64,000 bases of DNA from Pirellulales bacterium (GCA_041736895.1 JBGSSS010000136.1:5641-69640), one strand, 5' to 3'. Positions 9,769 to 19,016 are shown, counted from the first letter of the stretch. A program made the numbers and translations. The notes: generated by a model from the letters alone, not told the origin.

Positions 9769-10779
9769 ATGCAATGGTTAGCCCTGGATATCGGTGGTGC
9801 GAATCTGAAAGTCGCTGACGGGCAGAAATACGCGGCGTGGCAATCATTTGCTCTCTGGCAAAAGCCGCGGCAGCTTGGCGACACGCTCAAGAACATGCTC
9901 CATACCGCGCCGCGTGCCGATCAATTGGCCGTCACGATGACGGGCGAGTTGGCCGACTGCTTTACGACGCGCAGCGAAGGCGTGCAATTCATCCTCGAAG
10001 CGATGACCGCGGCAGCCGAAAAACGTCCGCTGAAAATCTATAGCGTTCGCGAAGGCCTGATTTCGCCAAAGGCGGCACTCAAACAACCCCTCGATGTCGC
10101 CGCGGCCAATTGGCACGCGCTGGCACGGTTTGCTGGACGCCTTGCTCCGACGGGACTCACGCTGCTAATTGACATGGGTTCAACGACGACCGATATCATT
10201 CCGTTGCTGAATGGTCAGTGTGAAGCGGCTGGTAAAAATGATGTCGAGCGGCTGATCACCGGCGAGTTGGTTTACAGCGGCGTCGAGCGAACGCCAGTCA
10301 GTTCCGTGGCGATGACGCTGTCCTATCGCGGGAACAATGTCCCAATCGCCAGCGAGTTGTTCGCGACGACACGCGATGTTTACTTGACCCTCGGGGACTT
10401 GCCCCCACAGCCGAGCGACCTTGGCACGGCCAATGGCAAACCGGCGACCAAGTCTTATGCGCGCGACCGTCTGGCGCATCTGTTTTGCCTGGACCGCGTA
10501 TCATTCGAAGATCAGGACGCGCTGGAAGCCGCCGAAGGCGTGGATCGCCAACTCACGGCGCGCGTGGCAATGGCTCTGTCTCAAGTCACCGGCCGTTTCG
10601 ACGAAACGCTCGAAACGGTGATTATCAGCGGGCAAGGCGAATTCTTCATCCGGCGGCTGTTGGATCGACTCCGCATTCGCTGCCGCATCGTGTCATTGGA
10701 GCAAGAACTTGGCAGCAGTATTTCGCGCTGTGCGCCGGCTCATGCGCTGGCGGTGTTGGCGAGGGAAGCGAATGGATGA
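9769..10779 (+). CDS. hydantoinase/oxoprolinase-family protein of the H4MPT-linked C1-transfer type
   Basis: ASKHA-fold motifs LALDIGGANLKVA and LIDMGSTTTDIIP. The ~336-aa length fits the short H4MPT-linked subgroup better than full hydantoinases. Confidence 0.7.
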   Translation: MQWLALDIGGANLKVADGQKYAAWQSFALWQKPRQLGDTLKNMLHTAPRADQLAVTMTGELADCFTTRSEGVQFILEAMTAAAEKRPLKIYSVREGLISPKAALKQPLDVAAANWHALARFAGRLAPTGLTLLIDMGSTTTDIIPLLNGQCEAAGKNDVERLITGELVYSGVERTPVSSVAMTLSYRGNNVPIASELFATTRDVYLTLGDLPPQPSDLGTANGKPATKSYARDRLAHLFCLDRVSFEDQDALEAAEGVDRQLTARVAMALSQVTGRFDETLETVIISGQGEFFIRRLLDRLRIRCRIVSLEQELGSSISRCAPAHALAVLAREANG

Positions 10780-10821
10780 GTTTGCTTTCTCGTTTAGCGG
10801 CGACTCGCAGAGGAGCTTTTT

Positions 10822-11439
10822 TTGATTCGCGTCATCAAACTCGGCGGCAGTTTGCTCACCTTACCGGACTGGCACGAGCGGTTCCAGCGTTGGCTAGCTA
10901 CGGAATCTCCGGCGACAAATCTGTTGCTAATCGGCGGCGGCGAATTGGTGAATGTCTTACGCCGCGAGCATGAGCGTTTTCCCTACACGGAAAAGGTCAT
11001 GCACGACGCGGCACTCGCCGTGATGGACCTCAACGCCGAGTTGGCTGTGGCACGCTTGCCAAGTGCGATACTGTTGGAATGTGCTGCCGATCTTGAGCGA
11101 CCATTCCCCCCGGTCATTGACCGGGGGCTAAATGGCACGGCTGCGATTCACTTCATACACATCACATCCTGGTGGAAGGCGGCAGTAGCTAGTGGCCGTG
11201 CGCTGCCGCCCGAAACCTGGGACACCACGAGCGATACACTTGCAGCCTGGGTTGCTGAAATAGCCGAGGCCCAGGAACTTGTCTTACTCAAATCGGCCAA
11301 TCCTCCGGCGCGAAGAACTGACTGGATGAAGCATGGTTATGTTGATCGCAATTTTTTTCAGTATCTTCCTGAGGGTATCTGCTATCGCGCCGTGAACCTT
11401 CTCCATTTCAAAATGGGTCACGTTCCTCGATCAGCATAA
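10822..11439 (+). CDS. amino-acid-kinase-fold protein (H4MPT-linked cluster)
   Basis: TTG start lies 7 nt after GAGGAG. The N-terminus is MIRVIKLGGSLL and LLIGGGELV follows. The CDS contains an in-frame copy of a 26-nt repeat arm at 11106-11131. Confidence 0.6.
   Translation: MIRVIKLGGSLLTLPDWHERFQRWLATESPATNLLLIGGGELVNVLRREHERFPYTEKVMHDAALAVMDLNAELAVARLPSAILLECAADLERPFPPVIDRGLNGTAAIHFIHITSWWKAAVASGRALPPETWDTTSDTLAAWVAEIAEAQELVLLKSANPPARRTDWMKHGYVDRNFFQYLPEGICYRAVNLLHFKMGHVPRSA
11106..11131. repeat. solo G6/C6 hairpin arm, identical to the reverse complement of the left arm of the MITE-like element at 32499 and 54882
   Basis: ccccccggtcattgaccgggggctaa is the exact reverse complement of ttagcccccggtcaatgaccgggggg (32499-32524). 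It lies inside CDS 10822-11439 and encodes FPPVIDRGLN. Confidence 0.85.
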
Positions 11440-11599
11440 TGCTGCTAGCGACGAATAGTCGCTCCCTGGCCTTCGCAGTTTGCCTAAATCGAACAATCCG
11501 AAAAATACTTTAAATTCTTACAACCAACTCACCCGATATAGACGGCACAACGTCCTAGCGGGGACGCGTAGGTTAATCCTAAAGCATTTGGTGTTCTTC

Positions 11600-14440
11600 A
11601 TGGCTGCTAGCAAATTCACCTTGGCCTTGATGTTGATGACGGCGCAAGTCGGCGGACTTGGCACGATTGCCGCGCAGCAGCCGAACTTCTCTCAGCCAGG
11701 CTATGTTCAGCCCGCTGGCGGGGCCAACGCCAACTACGGCGGAGCGGTCGAGCAAACGGCCTTTGGCGACGCTTTCCGTGCCGACAAGAAAATGGGCGGC
11801 GGATCGAAGCCCGTCGCCAAGCCAAGTCAAAAAGCGACGCCCGACGCGATGGTCAACAAGCCGCGGCCAACGCCCAATGCACAGACCTCGCAAGGCACCT
11901 ATTCGCCTCCGGCTTCGGCCAGTGGTCCGGTGACGAACCCGAATGCGATTGTGCAGCAGGACGTCCCGCTAATCCCCCGGAAAGCCAATACTCTATCGCC
12001 ATTTCAAAACCCAATCGCGTCGACCTCAGCCAATCCCGAAACCAGCGCACGCCGCCCATTCGATACACCTGCAGCTTCGCCCGCGGCAGCCCCGCGTGCG
12101 GAAGCCACAGCGACAGCCCCGACCACAGCAACGCCGCAACGTTCGCTACAAGAGCGGCTGGCTTCGGCGCGCAAAGGTTTGCAAACACCATCGGCCACGA
12201 TCGTGACACCCGAGCAAAGTGCTGCCGCAGCCGGGATGATGGTCGAAGGTTCCGCTATGCCGCCGATCTCGAAGCCACAAACCGAAACCGTCAATCCGCG
12301 AGAAGAAACGAGCAACTTCTCGGCCCGCTTCAATCCGAATAACGCGGCCAACACTTCGAAGGCTGCTGAAATCGTAAACCCCTTGGCAGCGGGCGAGAGT
12401 ACTGCTCGCCGGCCGTTTGATGACGACGGAAGCCTGCCGAGTGTGCTAAACAGCGGCGCACCGGGGAGCGGTCCGACGCCAACCGTAGCGGGTGGAACTT
12501 CGTCGCGCCGTGGTTTCACCATGAACGCTCCGGTTGAACGAGTCGCCAGCCGCGACACGGGCGATCGCGTTCCAAGTGGCGAGCCAACGCTGGCCACGCC
12601 GCAAATCGCGGCACCGGTAGCGACGCCGCTCTTGGTCACACGCCAATCGCCACAAATCAGCGTCGAGACGAGCGGCCCGCGCACGATCACCGTCGGCAAA
12701 GAAGCGAGCTACGAAATCGTTCTGAAGAACACCGGCGACCTCGCTGCTTCGGATGTCAGTGTGACCGTGCGGATTCCGGAGTTTGCCGAACTCCTGGGTA
12801 GCAAAGCTACGAGTGGCACCAATGAAAACGGCACGCCAGCCGACAGCACTCGTGCGGACAATGCGGCCGTCACCGGCAGTTATAGTGTCGAATGGCGGAT
12901 CCCGCGTGTCGAAGCACATGGCCGCGAAACGCTCGCGCTGCGGATCGTCCCGCGCAAGAGCCTGCCGTTTGAACTCGGCGTCGCGTGGCATGTCTCTCCG
13001 GTCAGTTCACAAACAACCGTCGAGGTTCAAGAGCCAAAACTGGCGATTAGCCTTGCCGGCGCTAACGAAGTTCTATTCAGCCAGACCAAGGTTTACAAAC
13101 TAAGCCTCAGCAATCCGGGTACTGGCGACGCGGAAAACGTCATGCTGCATCTCTCGCCCCTCAGCGATCCGAACGCCGCGATGACCAAGCACCACATCGG
13201 CACACTCCCCGCCGGCGACAGCAAGGTCATCGAAGTGGAGATGACCGCACGCCAAGCCGGCAAGCTCGTCATCCGCGCTCAAGCCGTGGCCGATAACGGG
13301 CTGACCGCCGAGATCAGCGAAGAAATCACCGTCCGCCGCGCCGCCCTCGCCGTCAATGTCAGCGGCAGCAAGAGTAAGTACACCGGCACCCCGGCCGAGT
13401 ACACGATTCAAGTCAGTAACACGGGCGATGCGCCGGCCGAATCGGTGCAGATCGCCGCCCAAATTCCGACGGGTGCCAAGTTCATCTCGGCGACCAACGG
13501 AACGTTTAACACTGAATCGGGCAAGATCGTCTGGACGGTGCCGTCGATTCGCGCCGGCGGTGAGATCGCCCTCGAATGCAAGTGCTTGCTCATGTCGGCC
13601 GGCGTGAACCAACTGAGTGTGACTACGACGGCGAGCACGGACCTTTCAGCAACCGCCGCCGCGCAAACGCAGGTCGAAGCACTCGCCGACCTCAAACTCG
13701 AAGTCAACGAACCCAAGGGTCCGCTGCCGCTCGGCGAAGAAGTTACCTACGAAATCCTGATCAAGAACCATGGCAGCAAGAGCGCCGAACGTGTCTTTGT
13801 CGTCGCTTTCTTTGAAGAAGGCATCGACCCAACATCCGCCGCAGGCACCGCGAGCGAAATCGGCTCCGGCGATGTGCGCTTCGCCCCGGTCGCGACGCTC
13901 GCGCCAGGCAGCACCGCGACGTTCAAGATCAAGGCCATGCCAAAACAAGCCGGTAACCTGGCCTTCCGCGCCGAAGCGGTCTGCGAAGCCGATGGCAGCA
14001 AGCAAGCGCAACAATGCACCGTTCTTTACTACGGCGAAGAAGGCGTCACGCAACGCAAAGCCGTCGCCGGTCCTGAGGACGACATCAGCGCCGCCGCAGG
14101 CCAACCGGCTCGCAATGTCGGCGGCTCGTCACGCAAGCCAGCCCTGCAAGCTGCACCAAGTGTAGCGCCTGCCGGCATCCCGCTTGGTGGCCCAACGGCC
14201 ACGACTGCGGCGAGTCCAACACCAGCCGCAAAGCCCGCGGTCACTCCGGCCTACGGCATGCCTGCCGCGAATGGTCCCCCAATCGGAGCACCAGTCCCCA
14301 TGGTCGCACAACCGATGGGCAACGCAAATCCAACCCCGGCGATCGTGACACCGAATACGCCTGCGACGCCGGCCTACACACTGCCAACACCTGTGACCAC
14401 TCCAGCCGGCGGCCCGACGCTGCTGCTGCCAGCCAAGTAG
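11600..14440 (+). CDS. large secreted protein with DUF11-type (conserved repeat domain) repeats and Pro/Ala/Thr-rich N- and C-terminal regions
   Basis: Start at 11600 gives the signal-like sequence MAASKFTLALMLMTAQVGGLGTIAAQ. At least four ~110-aa repeats follow the pattern Y-I-V-N-G-A-V-V (TVGKEASYEIVLKNTGDLAASDVSVTV; TKVYKLSLSNPGTGDAENVML; PAEYTIQVSNTGDAPAESVQI; EEVTYEILIKNHGSKSAERVFV). Confidence 0.75.
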   Translation: MAASKFTLALMLMTAQVGGLGTIAAQQPNFSQPGYVQPAGGANANYGGAVEQTAFGDAFRADKKMGGGSKPVAKPSQKATPDAMVNKPRPTPNAQTSQGTYSPPASASGPVTNPNAIVQQDVPLIPRKANTLSPFQNPIASTSANPETSARRPFDTPAASPAAAPRAEATATAPTTATPQRSLQERLASARKGLQTPSATIVTPEQSAAAAGMMVEGSAMPPISKPQTETVNPREETSNFSARFNPNNAANTSKAAEIVNPLAAGESTARRPFDDDGSLPSVLNSGAPGSGPTPTVAGGTSSRRGFTMNAPVERVASRDTGDRVPSGEPTLATPQIAAPVATPLLVTRQSPQISVETSGPRTITVGKEASYEIVLKNTGDLAASDVSVTVRIPEFAELLGSKATSGTNENGTPADSTRADNAAVTGSYSVEWRIPRVEAHGRETLALRIVPRKSLPFELGVAWHVSPVSSQTTVEVQEPKLAISLAGANEVLFSQTKVYKLSLSNPGTGDAENVMLHLSPLSDPNAAMTKHHIGTLPAGDSKVIEVEMTARQAGKLVIRAQAVADNGLTAEISEEITVRRAALAVNVSGSKSKYTGTPAEYTIQVSNTGDAPAESVQIAAQIPTGAKFISATNGTFNTESGKIVWTVPSIRAGGEIALECKCLLMSAGVNQLSVTTTASTDLSATAAAQTQVEALADLKLEVNEPKGPLPLGEEVTYEILIKNHGSKSAERVFVVAFFEEGIDPTSAAGTASEIGSGDVRFAPVATLAPGSTATFKIKAMPKQAGNLAFRAEAVCEADGSKQAQQCTVLYYGEEGVTQRKAVAGPEDDISAAAGQPARNVGGSSRKPALQAAPSVAPAGIPLGGPTATTAASPTPAAKPAVTPAYGMPAANGPPIGAPVPMVAQPMGNANPTPAIVTPNTPATPAYTLPTPVTTPAGGPTLLLPAK

Positions 14441-14507
14441 TGGTGGGCTTCAACCCACACGAAAAAAGACGTTGCAGTAGAACCGTATGCGATTGAAAAA
14501 CTAACCG

Positions 14508-14537
14508 AAGTCCCGCCATCTTGGCGGGACTTTTTTT
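14508..14537. terminator. Rho-independent terminator (probably bidirectional)
   Basis: The aagtcccgcc / ggcgggactt 10-bp stem is followed by T7. It lies between convergent genes 11600-14440 (+) and 14610-15266 (-). Confidence 0.75.
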
Positions 14538-14609
14538 GATCCAAGATGCAAAGTACTCAGAACTCAGCCCTGAAACTCGCCCATATCGCTCATGTGGCCA
14601 TTGAAAGCG

Positions 14610-15266
14610 TTAGCCTGCTTTTCGGAGCTCGTTTATTCCCAGTTCCGCAAACAATTGATTCAAGCATTGCTTGCTCTTTCCCCAATCGAACATCTGGCCG
14701 GGGATCTTGGTCGCTGCTTCGACTTGCGTGTAAACGCCCGCGCGGCGAATCGACACCAGGAGTTCCCCGGCGAGCGCGCGAATATCCCGCGGGAGTGTCG
14801 CTTCGAGGACGCAGCCGTCTTCGGCTTGGTGAACCTTGGTGAGCTTGCGGCCATGACGTGCGATCGAGCAGAGTGCCGCGACGATCGTCTGGCCGAGCGG
14901 CGCGGCGACGAGTTCGTTGCGCGACTTGCCGGTCTGGATACCTAGCTTGCGCGAGATCGGCAGCGCGATCGCCGTGACCGTATCCAGCGAGACGCCCATC
15001 AGCGGCTCAAAGGCTTTCTCCGCGATCTTCAGGAATTGCTCGCCCGTGAGCCAAGTCTGTGACGCTACGGCCGCGCGTTCGATGTGCGCTCGAATTTCGG
15101 GATAGCGGAGCAAGGTCTCGTACCGATGCTCCGCCGACCAATCGACGGGCAAGGCTTCGAGCAAAACCGCGATTTTCGTCCCGCAGTGGGCACAGAAATT
15201 TGCCGCCGCCGCCTGACCGCTGAGTGCAGTGCTGTTGAGTTCCGTGCCACAGTTGGTGCAGAACAT
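14610..15266 (-). CDS. zinc-ribbon domain protein, unknown function
   Basis: The N-terminal CTNCGT...CAHCGT double CxxC forms a zinc ribbon. The remainder has no motif I recognise. Confidence 0.55.
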   Translation of the reverse strand: MFCTNCGTELNSTALSGQAAAANFCAHCGTKIAVLLEALPVDWSAEHRYETLLRYPEIRAHIERAAVASQTWLTGEQFLKIAEKAFEPLMGVSLDTVTAIALPISRKLGIQTGKSRNELVAAPLGQTIVAALCSIARHGRKLTKVHQAEDGCVLEATLPRDIRALAGELLVSIRRAGVYTQVEAATKIPGQMFDWGKSKQCLNQLFAELGINELRKAG

Positions 15267-15502
15267 GGATGGACCCTTGAATTGATGCGGAGTTATGAGG
15301 CGTCGGAGTTCCCTAGATCAATTGATCGCCCAGCTCGGCTCTGCCTCTTGAACTTCGCGAAGGGGAAACCTGTGGCGTGTCTCGTGCTAGCAAGAAAGTT
15401 TCCGTTTCCGGCTTGCCTCGCTTGCCCAATCCGAACAGGAATTCGCTCGGCTTAGTTCGCTGAAGGTCAATACGCTATCGGCAACGAGGAAAATGGATGA
15501 GT

Positions 15503-16090
15503 TCATTCAGGCTGTTCGTGAACAAACTTGGCAGATGTTATATTTGCCCGCCACTCGCGCTGCAGCAGGGCGAACACGAATTCGCTCCCCCATGCGTCCT
15601 TGAACCAGACATTGTCCACAAGATGAGCCTCTTGGCGAAAACCCAGCCGCCGAAGCAAGTTCGCTGACCGGTGATTCCTGGCATCTGTCTTGGCCCATGC
15701 CCTATGCTTGTCGAGCACATCGAAAGCATACCACAGCACATGAGCGAGCGCTTCAGCCGCAAGCCCACGACCCTGATAGGCCGGAGTTAGGGAAATCCCA
15801 AGTTCGACCTGATGCTCATCGTTCTTGAGAAAGTGAATGCCACAGTCGCCGATGATCGCCCCATCTTCCAGGGTCGTCAGCGCCAATTGAATCCATGTCC
15901 CAGGCGTGTTCGGGGCAATGCGGTTTTGCTCGGCGACCAGCCGCGCCGCATCGGCCGGCGTGAACGACGTCCAGGATTGAAGACACGCGACTTCGGGCAA
16001 CGACCGATAATAGCTGATCGCCGCCGCGTCCTCCTGCCGCAGCCGGCGCAGACGCAACCGTGGGGACAATAGTTCCACTGCGGCGTTCAC
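15503..16090 (-). CDS. GNAT family N-acetyltransferase (RimJ/RimL-like)
   Basis: 195 aa with the acetyl-CoA loop YQGRGLAAEAL and an overall GNAT layout. Confidence 0.8.
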   Translation of the reverse strand: MNAAVELLSPRLRLRRLRQEDAAAISYYRSLPEVACLQSWTSFTPADAARLVAEQNRIAPNTPGTWIQLALTTLEDGAIIGDCGIHFLKNDEHQVELGISLTPAYQGRGLAAEALAHVLWYAFDVLDKHRAWAKTDARNHRSANLLRRLGFRQEAHLVDNVWFKDAWGSEFVFALLQREWRANITSAKFVHEQPE

Positions 16091-16197
16091 AGAAATTCCT
16101 CTTGGTGATTAACGTAAGGCCGCCCGTCTGTTTACTCCATCAATTGCGCTGGGGGCGGCGAGTACGCTTAACCCCAGCCAACCGTCGCAGCTTCAAC

Positions 16198-16566
16198 TCA
16201 ATCGGTCACGATTCGCGTTTGCGTCACTCGTTGATTGATATCCAAGCGAATTACGAGCCATTCGGAATCGACACCATACCCTCGTTCGTTGCCGAGCCAG
16301 TAAACCAGATCCCAGTCGCGGAAGTACCTGCTATTTGGCGGATCGCCTAAGAGGGCGACGACTTCGGTGCGAGTCTTGCCCGCGAGAGTACCTTTGGCCA
16401 CGAGCCAATCCGCCATCTCCAATCTCACACCATCGTTGACTTGCTGCGCGTCGTTCCAAGCCATCGCATCAAATGCTCGGCCTATCGGCCAGAAAATCCA
16501 GGCATTTGCTAACACCACAACGACGGCTAGAGTGAGCAAGAGAATCCAACTTCTTTTTGTACTCAT
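16198..16566 (-). CDS. small membrane-anchored protein, unknown function
   Basis: Start at 16566 gives MSTKRSWILLLTLAVVVVLANAWIF (a signal anchor). The longer track ORF would overlap the upstream ABC gene. Confidence 0.5.
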   Translation of the reverse strand: MSTKRSWILLLTLAVVVVLANAWIFWPIGRAFDAMAWNDAQQVNDGVRLEMADWLVAKGTLAGKTRTEVVALLGDPPNSRYFRDWDLVYWLGNERGYGVDSEWLVIRLDINQRVTQTRIVTD

Positions 16567-16663
16567 CTTCGCCCTCCGTTTATTGCGATGACTCGTCTGC
16601 GACGTGTAAATATTAATGTAGCGGAAAAAATATCTGACTGACAAATTCCGTTTTTCACACTTT

Positions 16664-17371
16664 TTATACTCCCACAAACTCTCGCACCAACTCTGTCTGC
16701 GGTTCGCTCCTCAACTCTGCGAGCGAACCGGCTTGCTGAATCTTGCCGTCGCCCATAACGAGTACCTGCGCAGTTCCTTCATTTGCAAAGTGCTCGGCAT
16801 CCGCGCGATCGTGCGTCACCCACAGCACCAGGGCAGGATGCTGTTGGAACCAAGCCTTGAGCTTCACTAGCAATCGATCGCGCAGCGGGCGATCCAATTC
16901 GCTTAGCGGTTCGTCGAGCAGCAGCACCGGCGAGTGCCGAATCAGCGCGCGAGCGAGTCCCACGCGCCGCTGTTCGCCGCCCGAGAGTTCGCGGCAGCGT
17001 TGGTCCGCGAGCGGCGTGAGTTCCGTTAGTTCGAGAATGCCCGCGATGCGTGCAGTGACTTCAGCCGGCTGCAAACTTTCTTGAATCAGTGCATAGGCAA
17101 GGAGTTCGCGCACCGTCCAATGCGGCGTTAGTGCCATCTGCTGCGGCGCGTACCCGATACCTCGCTCGCGCGGCGACAAGCGCTGCCAATCCCGGCCATC
17201 GAACCGAATCGTCCCGCCGCGCGGTGTTTCAAAACCGGCCAAGCACCGGAGTAGCGTCGATTTCCCGCAGCCGGACGGGCCGAGCAAAACCGTGATCGAG
17301 GGGCTGGGAATCTCGAACGAAACTCCCCGAAGCCCCCAGGAATGCGTAAGTTGATGGACTTCAAGAGTCAT
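16664..17371 (-). CDS. ABC transporter ATP-binding protein (no adjacent permease)
   Basis: Walker A GPSGCGKST, signature LSGGEQRRVGLA and Walker B VLLLDEPL. Confidence 0.85.
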   Translation of the reverse strand: MTLEVHQLTHSWGLRGVSFEIPSPSITVLLGPSGCGKSTLLRCLAGFETPRGGTIRFDGRDWQRLSPRERGIGYAPQQMALTPHWTVRELLAYALIQESLQPAEVTARIAGILELTELTPLADQRCRELSGGEQRRVGLARALIRHSPVLLLDEPLSELDRPLRDRLLVKLKAWFQQHPALVLWVTHDRADAEHFANEGTAQVLVMGDGKIQQAGSLAELRSEPQTELVREFVGV

Positions 17372-17599
17372 GCGCTTCCATTTTTAAAGCAAAAGAACTC
17401 GAGCGGGCCAGCGTAAGCTGCCCGGTTTATGTCTCAAAGACTGCTTAACCGCAAGCGAATGGTTGCAATAGTGTTGTCTAAGCTCAGTTTTCGTTGTTTT
17501 CCGGCTTCTGCCGGATTATAACCGAGTAATTGCCCGCAAATTCCTCGGTTCTCGACATTTTCGTCGAAAATCAGAGGGGCTTGCGCATGGTATCTAGGG

Positions 17600-18202
17600 A
17601 TGCGTTCCGACATGACTACCGCCCAACGCTTGGGTCGGGATTCCCTCCCGCATACGCCTGACTCGCCAACAGCGATCCGTTTGGATCGACTGACGGTGGA
17701 GCATTTGTATGCCGAATATGCCCAAGAGTTGCGAAGCTTCCTCCTCGGCGTGCTTTGCAACCTGGATTTGGCGACCGAGGTGCTCCAGATTACGTTTGTC
17801 AAAGCCGTCGAGATGGGCCACACCGCACGCGAGGAATCGATCAAAGGCTGGCTGTTTCGGGTCGCGTTCAACGAGGCGATGACGCTGCGCCGCCGGGCGC
17901 AGGTTCGCACGAAGTATGCCGAGTCGCTTCGCGACAAATACGCTGGGTCGCACCGCGACAGTGGCGAACCCGAATCGCCGGCACCCGAAGTATCGGTCCT
18001 GTTGAACGAATCGACAGAACGGGTGCAAGTCGCGATGCGAGCCTTGCCCGAGGACATGCGGCGGATCGTGACGATGCGAATTTACGACGACAAGACATTT
18101 GCAACGATCGCCGAAGAATTGAAGCTTCCCCTCGGAACGGTTTACGCCAGACTGCAAACCGCGTTCAAGAAGTTGAAGGCGATTTTGCAAGAGAAGACAT
18201 GA
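17600..18202 (+). CDS. ECF-type RNA polymerase sigma factor
   Basis: Region 2 (GWLFRVAFNEAMTLRRR) and the region 4 HTH (TFATIAEELKLPLGTVYARLQTAFKKLK). 200 aa. Confidence 0.85.
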   Translation: MRSDMTTAQRLGRDSLPHTPDSPTAIRLDRLTVEHLYAEYAQELRSFLLGVLCNLDLATEVLQITFVKAVEMGHTAREESIKGWLFRVAFNEAMTLRRRAQVRTKYAESLRDKYAGSHRDSGEPESPAPEVSVLLNESTERVQVAMRALPEDMRRIVTMRIYDDKTFATIAEELKLPLGTVYARLQTAFKKLKAILQEKT

Positions 18203-18205
18203 GTA

Positions 18206-18270
18206 GAAAGAAGGAAGAAGTTTAGAAGGAAGAAGGTTTCAATCCGCACCTTTTTCCTTTTCCATTCCTC
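18206..18270 (+). repeat. polypurine/polypyrimidine imperfect hairpin sharing a 17-nt core with 31721-31737
   Basis: gaaagaaggaagaagtttagaaggaagaaggt ... cacctttttccttttccattcctc. The 17-mer CACCTTTTTCCTTTTCC (18247-18263) is identical to 31721-31737. Confidence 0.7.
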
Positions 18271-18291
18271 ATTGAAGCGAACCAGAGACTG

Positions 18292-18327
18292 CCTGTCACC
18301 CTGCAATCCTGTCCCCTGAATCACTGA
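18292..18327 (+). repeat. CCTGTC-rich 36-nt leader repeat, copy A (ends 1 nt before the start codon)
   Basis: cctgtcaccctgcaatcctgtcccctgaatcactga matches 41648-41683 at 31 of 36 positions. Confidence 0.75.
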
Positions 18328-18328
18328 C

Positions 18329-18991
18329 ATGCACATCGATCCCCAATCCAAACACGGCTGGCAAGCACTCCGTTACGCGGCGCGGCATTTGACCGACGCC
18401 GAACAACGCGAATTTGAAAACCGCCTGGGCGAAGACCAATCGGCCCGCGATGCCGTTGCCCAAGCGGTCGAACTTGCGCACAGCGCGACGTTCCTGCATC
18501 TGGAGTCCGAGACCGAGTTATCTGATCTGACGGCGGCGCTGCGTGCGGCACCAGCGCGCTCGACACTCGACGTGGCGTTGCAAGCCGCAACGCCGGCGTC
18601 AGCTCAAGCCCCTGAGCGTCCCGCGACTCCGTCATGGACACACAAAGCCGGCTGGTGGTCGGCGGCCGCGGCGGCTTGCGTCGCATTGATCGCCCTCTGG
18701 TCGGCAAACCGCAATCAACCGCTGCCCATCCCCCCCACGCCGAGCACACAACATTCCAGCACAGAGCAGGTCGCCACCGCTGTCACCAGCGCCTGGGCTG
18801 ACCTCAACATGCAGCGTCTTTCTTCATTCGATCCGGCCGAAGAAGTCACCGTCGAAAACCTGACCAGCGTGCGCGAACTGCCGCGCGATTCGGACGATGC
18901 GCTGTCCATCGATTGGCTGCTCAATGGACTGCGGCAAGAAGGAATGACTCCCGGCGGCGAACGCTTGCCCGAAATTGAACGCACGAATTAG
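18329..18991 (+). CDS. putative anti-sigma factor (single-pass membrane protein)
   Basis: Lies immediately downstream of the ECF sigma gene. It has an N-terminal cytoplasmic segment, one TM helix (AGWWSAAAAACVALIALWSA) and an extracytoplasmic tail. Confidence 0.55.
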   Translation: MHIDPQSKHGWQALRYAARHLTDAEQREFENRLGEDQSARDAVAQAVELAHSATFLHLESETELSDLTAALRAAPARSTLDVALQAATPASAQAPERPATPSWTHKAGWWSAAAAACVALIALWSANRNQPLPIPPTPSTQHSSTEQVATAVTSAWADLNMQRLSSFDPAEEVTVENLTSVRELPRDSDDALSIDWLLNGLRQEGMTPGGERLPEIERTN

Positions 18992-19016
18992 TGCTTGAAC
19001 ACTTGACTGCACTAAC

